A stretch of DNA of 63,691 nucleotides, counting the filler, from Reticulomyxa filosa (lineage: Eukaryota > Protista > Foraminifera): NCBI GenBank assembly GCA_000512085.1. It is 14 parts of 14 records of this genome, joined end to end, with 100 filler letters (N's around TTAATTAATTAA, not from the genome) between each part and the next. Parts side by side here need not be neighbours in the genome. Positions count along the whole stretch, not along the records: positions 59,315 to 61,136 come from ASPP01033013.1; positions 61,237 to 63,691 come from ASPP01046454.1; 12 more parts are not named here. One strand, given 5' to 3'. Made by a program: the position numbers and the translations under genes. Under the pieces are notes generated by a model. The model saw only the letters and a list, made by a program, of their open reading frames with translations, was not told the origin of the DNA and searched no databases. Positions 59,215 to 63,691 of this stretch are shown in pieces; the stretch's first letter is position 1; each line of letters begins with the position of its first letter.

Positions 59215-59314
59215 NNNNNNNNNNNNNNNNNNNNNNNNNNNNNNNNNNNNNNNNNNNNTTAATTAATTAANNNNNNNNNNNNNNNNNNNNNNNNNNNNNN
59301 NNNNNNNNNNNNNN
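59215..59314. other. Artificial contig linker
   Basis: N44-TTAATTAATTAA-N44. Confidence 0.98.
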
Positions 59315-61136
59315 TGCTTTTAATTATTTCATTAGTAGATTCAATTGTGAAAAGAGAGGTATATTTAATTTTGGTGATAAATACGCTGATCTACTTGATA
59401 GAATTGCACAGAGATTGGATGAAAAACAAATAAACATTGCATTGAATTATTTTATGGATAAACTAAATGATACAAATAAACGTCCAATTATTCGTGTCAA
59501 GTTCATTAAATTAATTAAAGAAATTTCAAAAAAATGTAATGAACAACAATTGAATGAAGCTTTTAACTCTTCAATGGATATATTCATTGATCAAAATGAT
59601 GATATGCGTCGCGAATGTGAAGAATTACTTGGGACAATTGCGGTGAATCTAAATGGAAAACATTTCAATAATGCTTTTCAATATTTCACAAATGGATTAA
59701 AAGATAGTAATGAGAATGTTCGGGAGTCATGTGCAAAATTACTTGTAACAATTTCAAAGAAATGGAATGATAAACAATTGGATATTACTTTTCAATGTTT
59801 GATTGATGGATTTCAAAATATAAATGGATATGATGATGATACATCTAGAGATTTACTTGAAGGAATTGCAATGAAATTGAATGAAACACAAATCGATTCT
59901 GTTTTCACATGTTTAATCAATGGACTCAAAGGTAGCAATGAAATGAATCGAGAATGGTATGCAAAATGTATTGGATTTCTTTCAACAAAATTAAACAAAA
60001 AGCAATTGGATGATGCTTTCGAATGTCTGAATGGATTAAAAAATGAAAATGAATATATTCGTGCATTATGTGAAAAATCACTTGAAATAATTTCAACAAA
60101 ATTGAATAATAAACAATTGGATAGAGTTTTCAGTGCTTTCATTTATGGGTTAAAAGGTAAAAATCAATGGGTTCATGAACTATGTTCAAAATCACTTGGT
60201 ATAATTGCAACAAAAGCAAGTGAGAAACAACTGGAAGAAGTTTTCGACGCTTTGATGAGTGGATTGAAAGATAGAGATAAGAGGATTTGTAAATCATGTG
60301 TAAAATCACTTGGAGTAATTTCAGACAAATTGAAAGAGAAACAACTGGAAAAAGTCGTCAACGCTTTGATGAGTGGATTAAATGATGAAGATAAATACGT
60401 TCGTGAATTATGTGCAGAATCACTTGGTATAATTGCAACAAAAGCGAGTGAGAAACAACTGGAAGAAGTCGTCAATGCTTTGGTGAGTGGATTAAAAGGT
60501 GAAGATAAATACGTTCGTAAATTATGTGCAAAATCACTTGGTATAATTGCAACAAAAGCGAGTGAGAAACAACTGGAAGAAGTCGTCAATGCTTTGGTGA
60601 GTGGATTAAAAGGTGAAGATAAATATGTTCGTGCATCATGTGCAATATCACTTGGAGTAATTTCAGAGAAATTGAATGAGAAACAACTGAAAAATGCAAT
60701 TCATACTTTGATCGATGGATCCAAAGATAAATATGTTCATCAATCATGTGCAGAATCACTTGGAGTAATTTCAACGAATTTGACTAATACACAACTGGAA
60801 GGAGTTTTAAATGCTTTGCCAAATGATCTGGAATACGATTACTTTAACTCATATAAAAAAGCACTTGAAGAATTTTCAACAAAATGGAATGAAAAACAAT
60901 TGGAGAGGGTTTTCAACGCTTTGATGTTTGTTTCCAAACATTCCATCAACACAAACAACGACGAAAATAAAGATAAAAAATTGGTGGAATTACTTGAATT
61001 AATATCAACGAAATTGAATGACAAACAATTGTATTTATTGGTGATACATTTGTTGGAAAGAGCAAAAAAGAAATTTAAAAAGTATGTGCAAAATGCATTG
61101 TTAAAAATATCCGAAGATATGTGGAAACGTGCAACA
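59315..61136 (+). CDS. HEAT-repeat (PBS lyase HEAT-like) protein fragment with 39-aa tandem repeats; both ends truncated
   Basis: Repeats such as LEEVVNALVSGLKGEDKYVRKLCAKSLGIIATKASEKQ; open frame across the whole contig. Confidence 0.9.
60190..60660 (+). repeat. 117-bp coding tandem repeats, including two nearly identical units
   Basis: Units starting ATCACTTGG recur at 117-bp spacing (about 60191, 60302-60305, 60419, 60533-60536, 60647-60650). Confidence 0.85.
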
Positions 61137-61236
61137 NNNNNNNNNNNNNNNNNNNNNNNNNNNNNNNNNNNNNNNNNNNNTTAATTAATTAANNNNNNNN
61201 NNNNNNNNNNNNNNNNNNNNNNNNNNNNNNNNNNNN
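61137..61236. other. Artificial contig linker
   Basis: N44-TTAATTAATTAA-N44. Confidence 0.98.
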
Positions 61237-61560
61237 TTAAAAATTATGGTAGATATTTTTGGTATCAATTATGTTTTAGTTGCTCAATTATATCACAACT
61301 TAGGAACATCTTATGACAATAAACGACAATATGGAAAGGCAATTAAACATTATGAAACTGCTTTAAAAATAAGGAAAGAAATATTTAGAAAAGGAGATGA
61401 AAGCATTGGAGATATCTGTTGGGATTTAGGATGTATATTCGAAATAATACAAAACAAGAAAACAGCATATAAGTATTATGAAGAGGCATGAAAGTATACA
61501 TACAATAGATGGAGAATGCAACATTATGATCAAAAGAGCAAATGCAATACTTGACTGAAT
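61237..61560 (+). pseudogene. TPR-repeat protein 3' fragment with a premature stop or frameshift
   Basis: VAQLYHNLGTSYDNKRQYGKAIKHYETALKIRKEIF (kinesin-light-chain-type TPR). The frame ends mid-helix at YYEEA-TGA, where ...EEAWKV would result from one extra G. Confidence 0.55.
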
Positions 61561-62174
61561 CAGAAAATTATCAACATTTTACGCCTGGGTAAACATTTGT
61601 ATTGATTTTTTAAAATGCATCACTTTGTTTATTCTTCCAAAGCTGTTAAAGAGTTTTTAAAAAAGACAATTTCAACCTGCAAAGTGAATATAAGCTACAC
61701 TTAATTTTTAAATTTTTTGTAATTTTATTTCTTCTAACTCTGTTTTGATTTTTCTAAATTTTTCATGTGTTAGTACGGAACGTGCACAAACATGTCACTT
61801 TCATTCTTTCACACTCGATCACACAACTAAAAGGTAGATACGGTTTTGTCGACACGTTTTCTATCATTCAATTTTTTTACACTTATATGATCAGTCTTGT
61901 CTTATTGGAACTCATTTGAATAAAAAATAGATTATTACATATTGTTGTACTCTTGAATAGACTTATGATTAGTATGAACAGCTTGTTTGACATTTTACAC
62001 TTTTTTACGTGAAACACTACGTTCTAGTGTCTGGCTCCTTTAACAAGAAGTACCTTTTTGTTAAAAATTAAAGTTCAAGCAAATAATTTGGACAATTTCA
62101 TCAAAATATAATTTGAGAATTGCTCCAAGCGGATCAATATAGAAAGAAGTAAAAATAAAAAGTCAATATAGTCA

Positions 62175-63691
62175 TCACTGACCAAATTGATAGACCAAAA
62201 CCGTCGCACCAGGATCAGAGCGGGGTGGGTTTTGCACTCGACGAACGTCTGCATCATTGCACCGAAACCACATTTCGTTGTGCATATTTTTGACAAAAGC
62301 GTAATAATGTCCATATTTATTGGTGTTTCCAATGTGAATGCATACACCTGTCAATGAATATTGCTTCTTCGCTAATTTAAAATATTTTATCGGATACTCA
62401 ATTGGAGTAAGTTTGTAGCCAAAAATCGGATGGACACGATCTATTTTCACGACTAATACTTGTGGTGCCACAAGAATTTTTTTTTTTTGTGCGATAATCC
62501 GATTGTTTCTCGAATTGTGAGAACACTTGCATTTCAAAAATGATTGACTTCCATCCACTAAAGTTTCTGACGACATCTCCACAAGGCTCTCTGTTAAGCT
62601 CTTGAACTCGATCACTCCAAACTTGTCCTTTGAAGTCAATGCTTGCGGCTGGCAATGCGTTACGTTTTGTAATGCCTACAAAAATTTTAAAAAAAATCCA
62701 AACCCGATTGATAAAGAGAAAAACGAGAAAAAAATGGAGGATACCTGACGGATCTCTCTTAAAACATTGCGCTGACCATAGACTTCTAAATCTTCCCTTT
62801 CATAAGACCTCTGTCGTTGCCCTTCCTCCATTAATGTAGAGCCTTCAGAGTTGGATGTATTTCCAGACCCCCAACAAAGTAGATTTAAAAAAAAGTTTTT
62901 TAGTGCTGAAGCTACACCCGATATCCAATTCCAGGCCCGGGGACACGATGAGCAAAATAAACATGTTAAACTGGTCTTGTTTTTTAAAAGTGTGCACACC
63001 ATTGTGAATATTAAAAACTTTAAAAAATACATACTATTCACCTGGTGAGGATTTTGAAACCGATGCTGAGAAAAGATAATTGTTAAAGATAAGGATCGGT
63101 TAAAACAAACTGACTGATTCTTTTCGACGTCGATATAGTTGTCTCCATGAAAAAGTGTACTATATGGAATGCTTTTAAAACTTGTTAAATTTTTTACAAT
63201 ATCTGCGCTTGCGTGCCGACTCCTTGCAGGCACCTTGCAAAACTGGATGAGACAGCACTTACTATCTCTTGCGTATTGTAACACTGGAATAATTTCAAAT
63301 TGGTTCGTCTTTTCTTCTTCGAAGGAGCTTGAACATTGTTGCATGTTTACTACTTGACCTGCATAAAAAAAGCCGTGTTTCTTAACAATAAAACTGCTTA
63401 CATCTTCTTGGTCATTGGCAACGGTTACTAACTCACTCAAATTCTTGCCTCTTACATTCACATATCCGAGACACAACTCGTCCTCTTCTATTTTTTTAAA
63501 TGTTTCCTGTAGCAGATGCTTTAGTTGATGCTTTAGCACACATATTTTCGCGGATGCTTGCACTTCCACCTCGAACGGAAAATAGGTATCTTTACGCTCA
63601 TTGAATACGTATACTGTAATCGTTACTTTGGAGCTGGTCGCAGATACTATTAGATTGCGAAAAGACTGATAATGCTGGCCGGTAGTGTCAC
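62175..63691 (-). CDS. Ubiquitin-specific protease (peptidase C19), C-terminal part with UBL-like insert; 5' outside the window
   Basis: APQVLVVKIDR...YSLTGVCIHIGNTNKYGHYYAFVKN...WFRCNDADV...ATVLVYQ His box; upstream FEVEVQASAKICVLKHQL is UBL-like. Confidence 0.8.

Noticed and set aside
19630-61236. TTAATTAATTAA palindrome repeated 13 times (CRISPR-like repeat, recombination or insertion site?)
   Set aside because: Always flanked by exactly 44 N on each side and stops all six frames, so it is a contig-concatenation linker.
23159-61560. Apparent defence island of TRAF, RNF213-like, PIWI, SAM, HEAT and TPR genes
   Set aside because: Each lies on a different contig separated by linkers; physical clustering cannot be inferred.
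1-63691. Stop-codon reassignment or readthrough to explain fragmented ORFs
   Set aside because: Most breaks I traced resolve with phase-consistent GT-AG introns or single-base indels. Long ORFs (40150-43056, 43545-44921) are open under the standard code, and TAA, TAG and TGA all terminate genes.
1-63691. tRNA, rRNA, CRISPR arrays, transposase or reverse-transcriptase genes
   Set aside because: None recognisable by eye; tRNAscan-SE, Infernal and RepeatMasker would be needed to exclude them formally.

Overview
AT-rich eukaryotic DNA with short GT-AG introns, not a prokaryotic replicon. The window is 14 unrelated assembly contigs joined by 13 identical artificial 100-bp linkers (44 N + TTAATTAATTAA + 44 N), so adjacency across a linker means nothing. 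Base composition, poly-A/T introns and the expanded families (RNF213-like, HEAT-repeat, TPR, TRAF-type zinc finger) suggest a rhizarian protist, probably the foraminiferan Reticulomyxa filosa (inference). Recognisable genes: kinesin-associated protein KAP3, an extended SDR reductase, TMEM131-like, RING/TRAF zinc-finger, an RNF213-like AAA+ remnant, a PIWI-clade Argonaute, SMPD4-like, DUF1295, WDHD1/Ctf4, Bub2/Cdc16 TBC GAP, two USP deubiquitinases, and HEAT and TPR repeat proteins. The most interesting signals appear only after manual splicing: (1) a BAR-like domain fused to an auxilin-type J-domain with adaptor-binding motifs; (2) a PX-like domain fused to an LRAT/PPPDE-like cysteine hydrolase; (3) a triple-SAM large protein apparently built by exon duplication; (4) a large Tudor-like/PDZ/EF-hand/FN3 scaffold with nested insertions; (5) a REJ/PKD-like ectodomain 7TM receptor; (6) recently amplified HEAT repeats with position-specific variation. 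All family calls are by motif recognition from memory; no searches were run. No tRNA, rRNA or CRISPR array was identified.
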